Assembly (NCBI GenBank): GCA_030390025.1
Contig: CM059432.1
Span: 61,754,001-61,818,000, forward strand
Origin: Squalus acanthias
Taxonomy: Eukaryota
DNA length: 64,000 nucleotides
Direction: 5' to 3'
The notes under the pieces were generated by a model. The model made no database searches. It had not been told where the DNA came from and saw nothing but the letters and a program-made list of their open reading frames with translations. A program made the position numbers and the translations under genes. Shown in pieces: positions 24,218-37,400 of the stretch. Each line of letters opens with the position of its first letter. Positions within the stretch are counted from its first letter, which is position 1.

Positions 24218-25145
24218 GTAAGTCGATCTGTTCAATGCATCTTGGAGAGGTAAGAATAAAATAAAAAGTTAGAACTTTGATGTAAGGGACATACTATTCA
24301 ATTCTCTTTGTAATAAGCACGGCTGACCAATTCTCTTTGTAGTAAGCATACTTCAGTTGAAAGTGTGTTACTTGTACACCTAATTAAAAATGGTGCATTT
24401 AATTTATATTTTGCAAATGGTATGTTGTTATCAACGAGTAGCATAAAAGGCTTCTTAGGGTAGAATTGAGGATTTTTGATAAACAGTAGCAGAAATACCA
24501 GCAAGAATTGCACCACAAAAATGTTGTCATGAAGTAACTTAATAGCAAAAAAATTTACATTTGCAAGCTCTAAATTCACACAAAAAGTGTGTTTGATCGA
24601 ATGTATTAATGTGGCCCCCATTTTGAATTTGACGTGATGCTTCAACACTTCAAAGGTGCTGGGACGTGCAGTTTACTGTTACAAATTAATTTAACATTAC
24701 AAAACAATTTAACATTATTATTAATTTTATAAGTAATTAAACTTCACTGAAGCAAATTCTAAAACTTTTCCATTGAAACTGACCTTACAGTGAACATCTT
24801 CAAATTGACATGAGAATTTACAGACTCTCAGAAGACGTTGCAACTTTTCCTTGCTAATTATAGAAGCTGTTAAACTGTCTTAATATTTTTGCAGTAAAAT
24901 TATAGTTCTCTGTCTTGTCTTTCATGTGCTATACACCATTCCAATACTAAGGAAGTAAACAAGTGACCTACTTCCAGAGTTGCCCTAGTGCTAAAGGTAC
25001 TCTGTCTGATAGGAGGTGCCTTTATCCTTTTTAAAAATTTCTCTCTCCCTGTCATCCAGTCTGCAAATCATTCTAAAGCATTGATGAGATTAGGAACTCA
25101 CAGTGGGAAGTCATAAACACAAGTTCATGTACTCTAAGAAAGATA

Positions 25146-26902
25146 GGGCTAGAAATTCGGTATCGCCCCGGTTGGGGCGCTAAATTTTAAAAAGTTGGAG
25201 AATTAGCGCCAGGCACTAATCCTTCTGACCAAATTGATTGTTAGCGCTCCAAGAAAGAACTGGGGCGCTAAATCAAGCGTTAATCACCTAACTTAGGGCA
25301 CAGAGGTGGAGATGGACAGATTTTTGAACTATAAGGGAGTCAAGGGTTATGGGGAGCAGGCAGGAAAGTGGAGTTGAGGCCAAGATCAGATCAGCCATGA
25401 TCTTATTGAATGGCGGAGCAGGCTCAAGGGGCCAAATGGCCTACTCCTGCTCCTATTTCTTATGTCCTTATGAGAGCGGGGCGCTACCCACAGAGCGATA
25501 ACCAATTTCAGGTGCACTCCAATCGGGACTCATCATTCACACTGGCTCCTTCCAGTTCTTAAAGGGAAGGTTCAATCATTCTGCACAACCTCATTCTCAA
25601 CATTGCTGGCTCTGAAGACGACCTCCAAACAACTCAACAGCTACAGCTCTTATCCTCATGGCTGATCCCAGTCCCAGGGAGAGAGCTCACCATTTCACTG
25701 ACCAGGCATTGGAGGCATTGGTCGCAGCAGTCAAAAGAAGGAGGGCAGTGCTGTTCCCGGCCACTGGCAGGAGGCCATTGCCCCAGGTCTTCAGGGCAAT
25801 GTGGAGGGAAGTGGCCCAGGATGTCTTGGCCAGTAGTGTGGTCCTCACTCAGGTGGTCAGGGTGAGTACATGCTTCAACAAGTCCTACATACCAGCATCT
25901 GAACCTCAGTCTGTACACACTGCATAAACCCCCACACCCCCAGCACTCACTCACCAAGCATCTCCACCTACTAAAACTCACATCCACATCTCACGCCTTG
26001 CCTACAATCACAGCTATTCAACTATGGCAGGCACATCTCCCAAACACACAGCTGCACATTCAGTCACACACTTTCCTTTCTCTTGCAGGCCAAGCTGGGC
26101 CACAATAGGAGGGAGCAAGAACGAACAGGCGGAGGTGAAGCGGATATCCAACAGCTTACAGACCTGGAGGAGCGAGTGCTGAGAGTCATTGGGCGCCGTG
26201 GTCGTCAGCGACGTCGATCCATTTGGGAGCAACAAAGGTATGTTCATCCCCTCTCCTTCTCTCATCCCACTTCCCCCTCACACCACAAGCCTTTCCCACT
26301 TTCCAGCTCATTGTACTGTCTGCATTCCTTGCTCCCTTCCTGCCTCCCCCTGCCCTCACCTTAACACGAGTCTTGTGCCTTTATGCTTTCAGGTAATCAG
26401 TAACCAGCTGACCAGCCTGTCCCTGAGCCTCCCAGTGAGAGTGAGGCGGGAGAAGAGGAGGAGGAAGAAAGCACCACGTCACTGCCTGTCTCACCCGCAG
26501 GCACCACCTCAGATACTGGGACTACGCGATCTTTAGAGGCACGTTTAGTAGAGGGATCTGCACTGGGTGATGCACTGAGCACGAGCGGGCTGCAGCAAGG
26601 CCAGGGGGAAAGGGTAGCTCGGGAGCCAGCTCCCCGGAGGGCGAGGACTCGCGTGCGAGTTCTGCTGCACAGGACTCGGATGTGGACCTTGATGGGGTGA
26701 CGTTCACAAGAAGGGTGATGTGCATGCACACCGAGATGATAGGCGCAATGGCAAGGGTGCCCGAGAGCCTATCGGCAATGGTAATGGGTCCGCCTCCAAC
26801 ATTGCACAGAGCTCTGTGCGCACCATGGAGCCCATCCTTGGCAGTCTGCAAAGGATGGTGGACTCCCTGAGAGACCGTGGGGACCCAGACCTCATGCTGC
26901 GC
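25146..26902 (+). mobile_element. PIF/Harbinger relic with a spliced Myb/SANT-like DNA-binding gene (exons about 25658-25861, 26089-26237, 26393 onward); CR1 tail inserted at about 25300-25472
   Basis: FTDQALEALVAAVKRRRAVLFP..WREVAQDV and ERTGGG..LTDLEERV motifs; GT-AG introns; left end GGGCTAGAAATTCGGTATCGCCCC is shared with 62939-63828. Confidence 0.8.
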
Positions 26903-29186
26903 GTCATGGCTGGCTTTTGTGTGGCGCGAATGTTACTTGCCACTTTTCAGCCTTAGCCTGGATGTTGTGCACGGACAGCTTCATTATCTGAGGATTCATG
27001 AATGGAACTGAAAACTGCAATTATCAGCGAACATCCCCACTTCTGAACATATGATGGAGGGAAGGTCATTGATGAAGCAGCTGAAGATGGTTGGGCCTGG
27101 GACCCTGCCCTGAGGAAATCTTGCAACTATGTTTTGGGGCTGAGATGATTGGCCTCAACAACCGCAACCATCTTCCTTTGTACAAGGTATAACTCCAGCC
27201 AGTGGAGAGTTTTCCCCCTGATCCCCATTGACTTCAATTTTACTAGGGCTCCTTAATGCCACACTCAGTCAAATGCTGCCTTGATATAAAGGGCAGTCAC
27301 TCTCACCTCACCTCTGGAATTCAGCTCTTTGTGCATGTTTGGACCAAAGCTGTAATGAGGTCTGAAGCTGAGCAGTCCTGGCGGAACCCAAACTGAGCAT
27401 TGGTGAGCAGGTTACTGGTGAGTAAGTGCCGCTTGATAGCACTGTCGATGACACCTTCCATCACTTTGCTGAAGATTGAAAGTAGGCTGATGGGGCGGTA
27501 ATTGGCCAGATTAGATTTGTCCTGCCTTTAGTGGACTGGACATACCTGGGCAATTTTCCACTTTGTTGGGTAGATGCCAATGTTATCTCTGCTGGAACAG
27601 CTTGGCTAGAGGCGCGACTAGTTCTGGAGCTCAAGTCTTCAGCACTACAGTCGTGATGTTGTTGTGGCCCATAGCCTTTGCCGTATCCATTGCGCTCAGC
27701 CATTTTTGATATCAAGTGGAATGAATCGAATGGGCTGAAGACTGGCATTTGTGATTGTGGGGCCTCAAGAGGAGGCCGATATGGATCATCCACTCGGCAC
27801 TTCTGGCTGAAGATGGTTGCAAATGTTTCAGCCTTTTCTTTTGCACTCACATGCTGGGCTCCGCCATCGTTGAGGATGGGGATGTTCATGGAACCTCCTC
27901 TTCCTCCCGTTAGTTGTTTACTTATCCACCACCATTCACGACTGGATGTCACAGGGCTGCAGAGCTTTGATCTGGTCTGTTAGTTGTAGGATTGCTTAGC
28001 TCTGTCTAAAGCATGATACTTCTGCTGTTTAGCATAACTGTATTCCTGTGTTGTAGCTTTACCAGATGGGAACCTCATTTTTTGGTGCTGCTCCTGGCGT
28101 GCTCTTCTACACACTTAATTAGACCAGGGTTGGTCACCTGGTTTGACGGTAATGGTATGAGCAATATCAGGGCCATGAGGTTACAGATTGTGGTGGAATA
28201 CAATTCTGCTGCTGCTGATGGCCGACAGCATCTCATGGATGCCCAGTTTTGAGCTGCTAGATCTGTTCTGAATCTATCTCATTTGGCAAGGTGGTCGTGC
28301 CACACAACACGATGGAGGGTGTCCTCTGTCCACCCTTCATCTGAACCCATATCTCTGGATCATTAGTCCAGGCTTCTGGATTATTAGTCCAGTAACATAA
28401 CCACTATACTACCATACCCACAATTACATTTTGCACTTCGTCTCCACAATGACTGTACGGTGGTCACTGCTACCAATGCTGTCATGGACAGATGTGTCTG
28501 CGACAGGTAGATTGGTGAGGACGAGGTCAAGTCGGTTTTTCCCTTGTGTTGGTTCTCTCACCACCTGCCGCAGGCCCAGTCTGACAGCTATGCCCTTCAG
28601 GACTCGGCCAGAAGTGGTGCTACCAAGTCACTCCGATGGACATTGAAGTCCCATACCCAGAGTATATTCTGTGCCCTTGCTACCCTCAGTGCTTCTTCCA
28701 AGTGGTGTTCAACATGGAGCAGTACTGATTCATCAGCTGAGGGAGGACAGTAGGTGGTAATCAGCAGGCGGTTTCCTTGCCTGTGCTTGACCTGATGGGG
28801 TCACGAATCAACTTTCAGGACTCCCGGGGCTACTCCTTCCCGACTGTATACCACTGTGCTGCCACCTTTGGTGATGGTAGAGACTGGGATGTTGGCTGAA
28901 ATCTTTTTGAGTATGACTGTGTCAGGTTTGACGAGTCTCTGGGACAGCTCTCCCAAGTTTGGCACAAGTCCCCAGTGATTAGTGATGAGGATTTTGCAGG
29001 GTCGAAAGGAACAACATACAACAATCTGATAGCTTTATTACAGATTATTTTTTATTCCAGATTTATTTAATCAACTGAATTTAAATTTCCAAAATGCTGT
29101 GGTGGGATTTAAACTCATATCTCCGAATCATTCGTCCAGGCTTCTGGATTACTAGTCCAGTAACATAACTACTATACTACCATACC
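26903..29186 (-). mobile_element. Second copy of the tRNA-headed LINE (3'-truncated, internally deleted)
   Basis: Reverse complement matches the RT and endonuclease regions of 9388-12018; the tRNA-like head is at about 29030-29186. Confidence 0.85.
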
Positions 29187-29499
29187 CACAATGACATTTT
29201 GCACAAAAGAAGTTGAACGTAACTTCTTTATAATCCTAACTTCCTAATGTTCAATGTGTATCTCCTGGTATTTGAACCCTTTACCACAGTGAACAATTTG
29301 CACAGATCAATTTTGTGGCTCAGTGCATTGTACTCCAGTGTGCTTTATCTCCTTGCCACCTGATGTGCTACCTTTTATTTAGTTAAATTTTAAGTAAATA
29401 AAGTTTCAGATAACTTGGCCTAATTTATCTAATAACATTAGAGATTGAACTCCATAGACTGCTACCCTGTCCATATCTAATCTAGTTTACTTGTCGCTA

Positions 29500-29906
29500 T
29501 GCCCCTTCTACAGCAGCACTTCAAATTTAAAATCATTGCCCTCATGTTTAAATTCCTCCATGGCCTCTTCCCTCCCTACCTCTAACCTAATCCAGCACTA
29601 CAACTCCCCCCACACTCTGTTCCTCTGAATCCAGCCTCTTATGTATCTCCCCGCCCTTCGCCCTACCATTGGCGTTCATTCCTTCCAGCTGCCTAGGCAC
29701 CATGCTCCGGAATTCCCTCCCTAAACTCCTCCACCTCTTCACCTCCTTCTCCTCCTTTAACACCCTCCTTAAAGCCCACCTTGTTAACCAAGTTTTTGGT
29801 CACGTCTCCTAATATTTCCTCCTTTAGCTCAGCATCCATTTTTTTTTCTTATGCTTCTTGTGTTTTTCTATGTTAAAAGCACTTTGGCAATGCAAGTTAT
29901 TGTTGT
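29500..29906 (+). mobile_element. L2 3' fragment
   Basis: Aligns by eye with the L2 3' end at 8600-8995 (GGAATTCCCTCCCTAAAC; GCAAGTTATTGTTG tail). Confidence 0.8.
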
Positions 29907-30071
29907 TTTTCATCACACATCCTTTATGTAGATATTTATTGATCTATTTATCATGTTACTGAAAATTGTCAATTATGTAACAAGGAACACACTGGAGATT
30001 AAATTATCACTTGCTCCATATAATAAACTTAAGTGGTTAATTCCCAATCTTAATTACATCTCACCTATGTA

Positions 30072-30365
30072 CAGTAAAATCTTTCTTATCCGGCATCTAT
30101 GGGACCAGGATGGTGCCGGTTGATGAAAAATTCTGGATAACAGAGAGGTATACCTACCAAAGCAATTTTTAACACAAACAAAAATAAAAAATCAAGAAAT
30201 GTACTGTATAATTGGGTACTCACCTACAGAACGTTCCATTAAATGTATGGTAGAATCGGCAAGATTACCGGTTATTGAGGTGTTGTTTTGTATTGAGATA
30301 TATCTATTTTGCCGGTTATTAAAGTATTCCGGATGATAAAGTGCCGTTTAAACAAGAGTTTACTG
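30072..30365. mobile_element. Tc1/mariner-pogo (Tigger-like) MITE
   Basis: TA|CAGTAAA ... TTTACTG|TA termini with TA TSD; internal CCGGTT/CCGGAT repeats. Confidence 0.7.
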
Positions 30366-30429
30366 TAGTTATGAAACAGATTATGGGACATACATAAAAT
30401 ATGTAAACTAAAGACTAACCAGAGCTATT

Positions 30430-31173
30430 GGCCCAGAAATTGATCTCGCTCTGTTCCCGCGGGGGTAAGCCTTCCCCGCGATGTCTCACCTCGCTTATGC
30501 TTTTTCTGATCCAGCTCGCACGAACTTGATGTTCCAGACAGCTGCTGTGCTGGGCTTGCGTATCCCAGCGGCGTAGTGAATTCGTGCGAGCTGTGGGATC
30601 ACGTGACTCAGTTAGAGCCAATGGCAGCACACCATCTTCCATTCATAAGTCTCACAGCATGGCTGTGAGACTTATGAATCTTACACCCCCCCAAAATAAC
30701 AGCTAAACCTCAATTAAATTTTAAAAAAAAACCATCACATTAATAAAATAAGTATAGTTAATTAAATTAACCATTTTAAATAAAAAATTAAATTTTTGAA
30801 AAAATTTAAAATCTTTTAAAAAGTTATAAAAATAAACTTACCTGTCTTTAAAGTCTATAAAAAAGATATACCTGTAAAAAAAAATTCAAAAAAATACTTA
30901 ATTCACTACTTACCTTCTTAAAAGCGGGTCTTACTCCTCCTTTTTACATTTCCAAAATCTTCCCTACTTACCTGCGCATCCAAAGCATGAAGTGCACAGC
31001 GTGCGCGCAGCCTGTAGCGCGCACGCGATGCACCCAGGCCCCGCCCCCTTTTCGGAAGAGCAATTGCCGGTTTTCAGCGCATGCGCAGGGCATGCAGAAA
31101 ACCGGCAATTGGAGTGGGAATACGCGAGAGTATGCAGTGCGTACTCTCGCGTCCCGGGATCAATTTTCGGCCC
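30430..31173. mobile_element. Harbinger-like MITE
   Basis: TIRs GGCCCAGAAATTGATC / GATCAATTTTCGGCCC; GC-rich ends, AT-rich core. Confidence 0.75.
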
Positions 31174-31884
31174 AATATATGGGTACCTATTTATCCAAAT
31201 CTGCCCTGTCAGGGATTTTTGCACAGCAGGAACAGAGAGAGAAAAAATACATTTTTAAAATCATAAGAGGATGGAAGCAATGTCATACTGTCCTATTTTG
31301 ATAGTTCTTGGCGAATACTTCACAATAAGGACATAAAGGAAACATGGTCAATAAGAGAAAAGAATATAAAAGATGTCACAAAAGTACAAAAAAAGCCAAT
31401 TAATGCATCTGCAATTATTCCAAATTTGCTTACAGTGGTCTTGCTTAGTTTACATTTTTAACTAGTTCAACTGCAGTCACAACACATTCTAATGTTGTGC
31501 AGTTTTATAAGTGGAGCATATAGTTGGATAAGCATTACTTAACGTAATGTATTTGCACCGTCACTCAGACTTGCTTATTTGAATGAATGTTTTACATAAC
31601 ACATTTATTTTTACATGTCAACTATATATTGTAAAAAATATTATACTTATGTTGTAAAGTTATGGTACTGCACGTTTAAAAATTGGTGATCAATTATTGG
31701 GGGATGTACTATCAGGTTATCGAGGCAAAGAAAATTGCAATGCTCTGCATTCTTAGAAGTAGCAGATATAAATAATTGATCTTTCTACAAGTTTTATTAC
31801 TGTTGTACATTTTAACCATCCATGCAAACAGTGACTGTTTGCCTAAGTGTCTCCTTTATCATTCTACACATTTCATACACACAG

Positions 31885-31942
31885 GACATCTGTGGCTATA
31901 GAAATTGGTTTCCGTAAGGCTGAACATGGGCATTGTCTTTGA
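31885..31942 (+). CDS. DTNA: Candidate alternative terminal exon (alpha-dystrobrevin-3-like): (R)TSVAIEIGFRKAEHGHCL*
   Basis: Pyrimidine-rich acceptor ...TTTCATACACACAG|G in phase with 24217; stop at 31940-31942; non-repetitive AT-rich sequence downstream with ATTAAA/AATAAA. Confidence 0.45.
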
Positions 31943-33169
31943 CTTGCCAAAATTCATGAATTCCAAATGTATTTAAATTTTCACAGTTATGTGTCGGGGA
32001 GTTTCATGACCACAGCATATTTCAAAGCTCTCACAATGGGCACTAAATGTCGCAGTACTACTGTCTGTAAAGAGCCTTACACGTACGATCATGATTTGTA
32101 TTCTGTCAGAATAGAGAAAGAAATCAAATTGATGATGGTAAAAGTAGGGGAAATCCAAACTGCTCCATGTAAAGGAGCAGATGAGTTAATGGATCATTCT
32201 GATGCTTTCTGCCTGTCACAAGCACACTGTGTCCTGCCTCCACACCTTTGTTTGTTGCACAAATTCTGGTAAGCGAAAGTATCATATTGAATGTCTTTCA
32301 TTAAAATTAAAGTGTAGATATTATTTCTATATAATATATGAATTAATTTATCTGCTTATATGCAAAACATTAGTCTACTGTATTTACTATTGCTAACAAT
32401 AGTAATTGAGTTGTTGAACTGTGATAACCATTACATGGGCAGATTGATTAGAAAATTTCCATATAAAATATATGATGCCCTGAGGACCTGTTCATGATTT
32501 ATTTAACTTTATATGTTCAGAATTTTCTGGCTGCTTCCTGCTACCTGCTAAACATTTTCCTCTTAGGCTAATGAATGCTTTGGGAAAGAAAAAATAAAAG
32601 TCAAAAGAAAAAAGGTTAAAAATTAATATAACATCTTTTGAGCTGCACGTGCAGTGAAAAGAATCAGCCATGTGTGCTTAAACCAGTCACTCTACCTTGA
32701 TTTTCTTGATAGCAATATTTAATTCCTTACATAATTGCACTTTTCAAAAACTGCTAATTTTGTGAGAAAGAATCAAGAGCAGCCTCAGTGTAAAGGAATT
32801 CCTGATTGCAGGTCCCAATTTCATTTTCTGTTAAATCTCCATTTGTCCAATGGGATCTGTTGTAATGCTGCACTTGATCAAAGGGCACACATGGTGGGGA
32901 ATTTTAACCTACAAAAATGGGTGGGTTGGGGTTGTGTGGGAAGTTAAAGTGTTAGAAACCTGAATCCCGACCAGAACCCACCTCCAACCCTCCCACTTCT
33001 GGTTTTAATGGAGGTGGGACAGGGGCGGGCGGCCAAGCCGCTCGCAGGAGGTGGATCGTCTATTTAAGTATTATAATGAGGCTGGAAGCCTCTGCTTTAA
33101 CCTTCATTTTGAATTTAATTCTGGCTGGTCGGGTTTTGCAGGCCTCGTGAAACCCGCCAGCTAATATAA

Positions 33170-33930
33170 GAGCTTAAGAAATAGGAGCTGGAGTAGGCCA
33201 TTTGTCCCTTCGAGCCTGCTCCGCCATTCAACAAGATCATGGCTGATCTTCTACCTCAACTCCACCTTCCCGCACTATCCCCATATCCCTTAATTCCCTT
33301 AGTTCCCAAAAATTTATCGACCTCTGTCTTGAATATATTCAACGACTGAGCATCCACAGCCCTCTGGAGTAGAGTATTCCAAAGATTCACAACCCTTTGA
33401 GTGAAGAAATTTCTCCTCATCTCAGTCCTAAATGGCCGACCCCTTATCCTGAGACTGTGACCCCTGGTTCTAGACTCCCCAGCCAGGGGAAACATCCTCC
33501 CGGCATCTACCCTGTCAAGCCTCTTAAGAATTTTATATGTTTCAATTAGATCACCTCTCATTCTTCTAGACTCCAGAGAATATAGGCCTAGTCTCCTCAA
33601 TCTATCCTCACAGTCAGTCCCCTCATCCCAGGAACCAGTCAAGTGAACCTTCATTGCACTCCCTCTAAGACAAGTATGTCTTTCCTTAGGTATGATGTGG
33701 AGATGCCGGTGTTGGACTGGGGTGGACAAATGTGAGAAGTCGCACAACACCAGGTTATAGTCCAACAGCTTTATTTGAAATCACAAGCTTTCGGAGCGCT
33801 GCTCCTTTGTCAGGTGACGAAGGAGCAGCGCTCCGAAAGCTTGTGATTTCAAATAAAGCTGTTGGACTATAACCTGGTGTTGTGCGACTTCTCACATTTT
33901 TCCTTAGGTAACGAGACCAGAACTGTATCT
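33170..33930 (-). mobile_element. CR1 3' fragment carrying a PLE hairpin insertion
   Basis: ORF 33256-33765 RGDLIETYK..FFTQRVVNLWN; tail at 33175. Confidence 0.88.
33693..33898. mobile_element. Short palindromic PLE-terminus-derived element with hammerhead-like motifs and 12-bp TSD
   Basis: 85-bp arms 33728-33812 / 33815-33899 with one mismatch; TSD TTTCCTTAGGTA at 33681-33692 and 33899-33910; (C)TGACGA-A-GGAGC-AGC-GCTCC-GAAA-GCTT core. Confidence 0.85.
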
Positions 33931-34489
33931 AATGCAAGATGAGGACTGCTGGATCCAGGAGCTAAGTGCCTTTACACTTACCTCCTGGATCCACTGTCCC
34001 TGGCTAACCCAGCCCCCATGATCAGAGAACCCTCACCAGGCCTCCGATCCCCCCCTCAAGGCCTTCCCCGCCCCCCCCACCCCCATGCTCCTCCGGCCGC
34101 TGATCGTTCCCTATCCGCTGCCCCCCCACTCCTCCGGCCCCCAATCCTCACTGGACCCACCCCCGCTCCTCCAACTTCCCCCCAGCCCCTGTGCTGTTCC
34201 CAGCTTGCAATCTTCACCCGAGCCCCTACCATGCTGCTCCTGACCGCTCCCGGCCCCCGATCTTCACCCGACTCCCTCTCCGTGCTGCTCCCAGCCCCTG
34301 ATCTTCACCCCATTCTCCCGGCTTTCCCAACCACTTCAGAGCCCCCCTGCTCCAAACCCACCTTCCCCGTTATAATTCAGCCTATTATGTCCAACTCATT
34401 TGGTCTGGCGGGGAAGGGGGTTACTGCGTGCTTGGATCCAGAAACTGGCCTCCAAGCATCTGTGTTGCCCTTGTTTGTGCTAACTTAAT

Positions 34490-37400
34490 CAACAACAACT
34501 ACTTGTATTTATATAGCACCTTTAATGTAGTAAAACGTCCCAAGGCGCTTCACAGGAGTATTATAAGACAAAAAATTTTACACTGAGCCACATAAGGAGA
34601 AATTAGGGCAGATGACCAAAAGCTGAATCAAAGAGGTATGTTTTAAGGAGCATCTTAAAGGAGAAAAGAGAGGCGGAGAGGTTTAGGGAGGGAATTCCAG
34701 AGCTTAGAGCCTAGGCAACAGAAGACACGGCCACCAATGGTTGAGCGATTATAATCAGGGATACTCAAGAGGGCAGAATTAGAAGAGCGCAAATATCTCA
34801 GGGTTGTGGGGCTGGAGGAGATTACAGAGATAGGAAGGGGTGAGGCCATGGAGGGATTTGAAAACAAGGATGAGAATTTTGAAATCGAGGCGTTGCTTAT
34901 CCGGGAGCCAGTGTAGGTCAGCGAGCACAGGGGTGATGGGTGAACGGGACTTGGTGCGAGTTAGGACACGGGCAGCCGAGTTTTGGATGATCTCAAGTTT
35001 ATGTAGGGTAGAACGTGGGAGGCCAGTCAGGTGTGCGTTGTAATAGTCAAGTCTAGAGGTAACAAAGGCACGGATGAGGGTTTCAACAGCAGATGAGCTG
35101 AGGCAAGGGCGGAGATGTTACGGAGGTGGAAGTAGGTGGTCTTAGTTATGCCGCGGATATGTGGTCGGAAGCTCATTTCAGGGTCAAATATGACACCAGG
35201 TTGCGAACAGTGTGGTTCAGCCTCAGACAGATGTTAGGGAGAGGGATGTAGTCGGTAGTTAGGGAACGGAGTTTGTGGCGGGGACCGAAAACAATGGCTT
35301 CGGTCTTCCAAATATTTAATTGGAGAAAATTTCTGCTCATCCAGTGCAGGATGTCGGACAAGCAGTCTGACAATTTAGAGACCGTGGAGGGGTCGAGAAA
35401 AGTGGTGGTGAGGTAGAGCTGGGTGTCATCAGCGTACATGTGAAAACTGACGCAGTGTTTTAGAAATAGGAGGGGGCCAAGGATAGATCCTTGGGGGACA
35501 CCAGAGATAACGATGCAGGAGCGGGAAGAGAAGCCATTGCAGGTGATTCTCTGGCAACGATTAGATAGATAAGAATGGAACCAGTCGAGTGCAGTCCCAC
35601 CCAGCTGGACGATGGTGAAGAGGCATTGGAGAAGGATGGAGTGGTCAACCGTTTCAAAGGCTGCAGACAAGTCAAGAAGGATGAGGAGGGATAGTTTACC
35701 TTTGTCACAGTCACAAAGGATGTCATTTGTGACTTTGATGAGAACCGTATTGGTACTGTGGTGGGGCGGAAACCTGATTGGAGGGATTCAAACATGGAGT
35801 TGCGGGAAAGATGGGCACGGATTTAGGAGGCGACAACACATTCAAGGACTTTGGAGAAGAAAGGGAGGTTGGAGATGGGGCGGTAGTTTGCGAGGACAGA
35901 GGGGTCAAGGGTTGGTTTTTTGAGGAGCGGGGTGATGACGGCAGATTTGAGAGAGAGGGGGCAGTACCTGAGGAGAGAGAACTGTTAACAATGTCAGCTA
36001 ATATGGGATCCAGAAAAGGAAGTTGGGTGGTCAGCAGTTTGGTGGGAATAGGGTCGAGGGAGCAGTAGGTGGGTCTCATGGACAAGATGAGTGTGGAGAG
36101 GTCATGAGGGGAGATCGGAGAGAAACTGGAGAAAGATGTGAGTTCAGGGCTAGGGCAGGGGGGAACCTTAGAGGAAGTTTGGCCCGGTGGGCTAGGGGAA
36201 AGAAGGGAAGTGACAGAGGTAGCTGAACGGATGGTGTCAATCTTAGAGACAAAGAAGTCCATGAGCCCCTCACACTTCTTGTCGGAGATGAGGGTGGAGG
36301 AGACAGGGGAGAGGGGTTTAAGAAAATGGTTAGCCGTGGAGAATAGAAGCTGGGGTTTTATCTTTGCATTCCAGAATGAATCTGGAATAGTGAGCAATTT
36401 TGGCAGACGAGAGTAGGACCCGCTAATGCTTTATGTGGTCCAGCCAGATCTGGCGGTGAATGGCTAAACCAGTTGTCCGCCATATCCATTCAAGTCTGCG
36501 TCCCTGGGACTTAAGGGAGCGAAGATGAGGGCCGTACGAGAGAGAGTAATTGTTTTAATAGGGACTAGGGCATCAAAGGTGGTGGTGAGGGTGTGGTTGA
36601 GCAGATCGGTAGCTGCAGAAATGTCGTGGTGAATGGAGGGTCAAAGGCTGGACAGTTGGGATTTCGTAAGTGTAGTTGTAAGAGAGTTGGGAGAGAGCTT
36701 TTTCCAGGGGCTGACACAGAAGGAAGTAGGGTTGGGGGGTGGAGAAGGGGGATTTGGGTGGTGAGCGATACAAGGAAGTGGTCAGAGATGGCCTTACCTG
36801 CGATTGACACGATGGGAGTAGCGAGGCCATGAGAGATGGCAAGGTCGAGGGGGTGGCCGTGAATATGGGTTGGGGAGTTTACATGGAGGAAACTTCCTCT
36901 AAGGTTCCCCCCTGCCCTCGCCCTGAACTCGCATCTTTCTCCAGTTTCTCTCCGATCTCCCCTCATGACCTCTCCGTGCTCATCTTGTCCATGAGACCCA
37001 CTTCCTGCTCCCTCCACCCTATTCCCACCAAACTGCTGACCACCCAACTTCCCTGCATCCTTGGGTTTTAAAAGAGGTAGCTGCAGAGATATTAACCTTC
37101 CAGAATTCCCTAGATTCTAGAACAGTCATCAAGGATTGGAAGGTAGCAAACATAACCCAGCTATTTAAGAAAGGAGGAAGAGAAAAACCGGGGAACTATA
37201 GGCCAGTTAGCCTGATGAATTGAGTTGGAGGTTGAAATTACCGAGGATGAGAAGTCGCTCGGTGCTGAGGGAGGAAAGCAGTAAAGATATCTCGGAAATA
37301 ACATTTTTATGGTACTTAGGTGGGCGGTAGAGAGCGAGAATTTTAAATGAGAGGTGAAAAGGGTGGAATAAGGTGAGATGCTCAAAGAAGGAGAAAGTGC

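Noticed and set aside
25658..26237. Domesticated host gene of NAIF1/MSANTD type
   Set aside because: The Myb helix segment (QCRK..NDL, present in the 49870-49930 copy) is deleted, exon 2 frameshifts, and it sits inside a TIR element.
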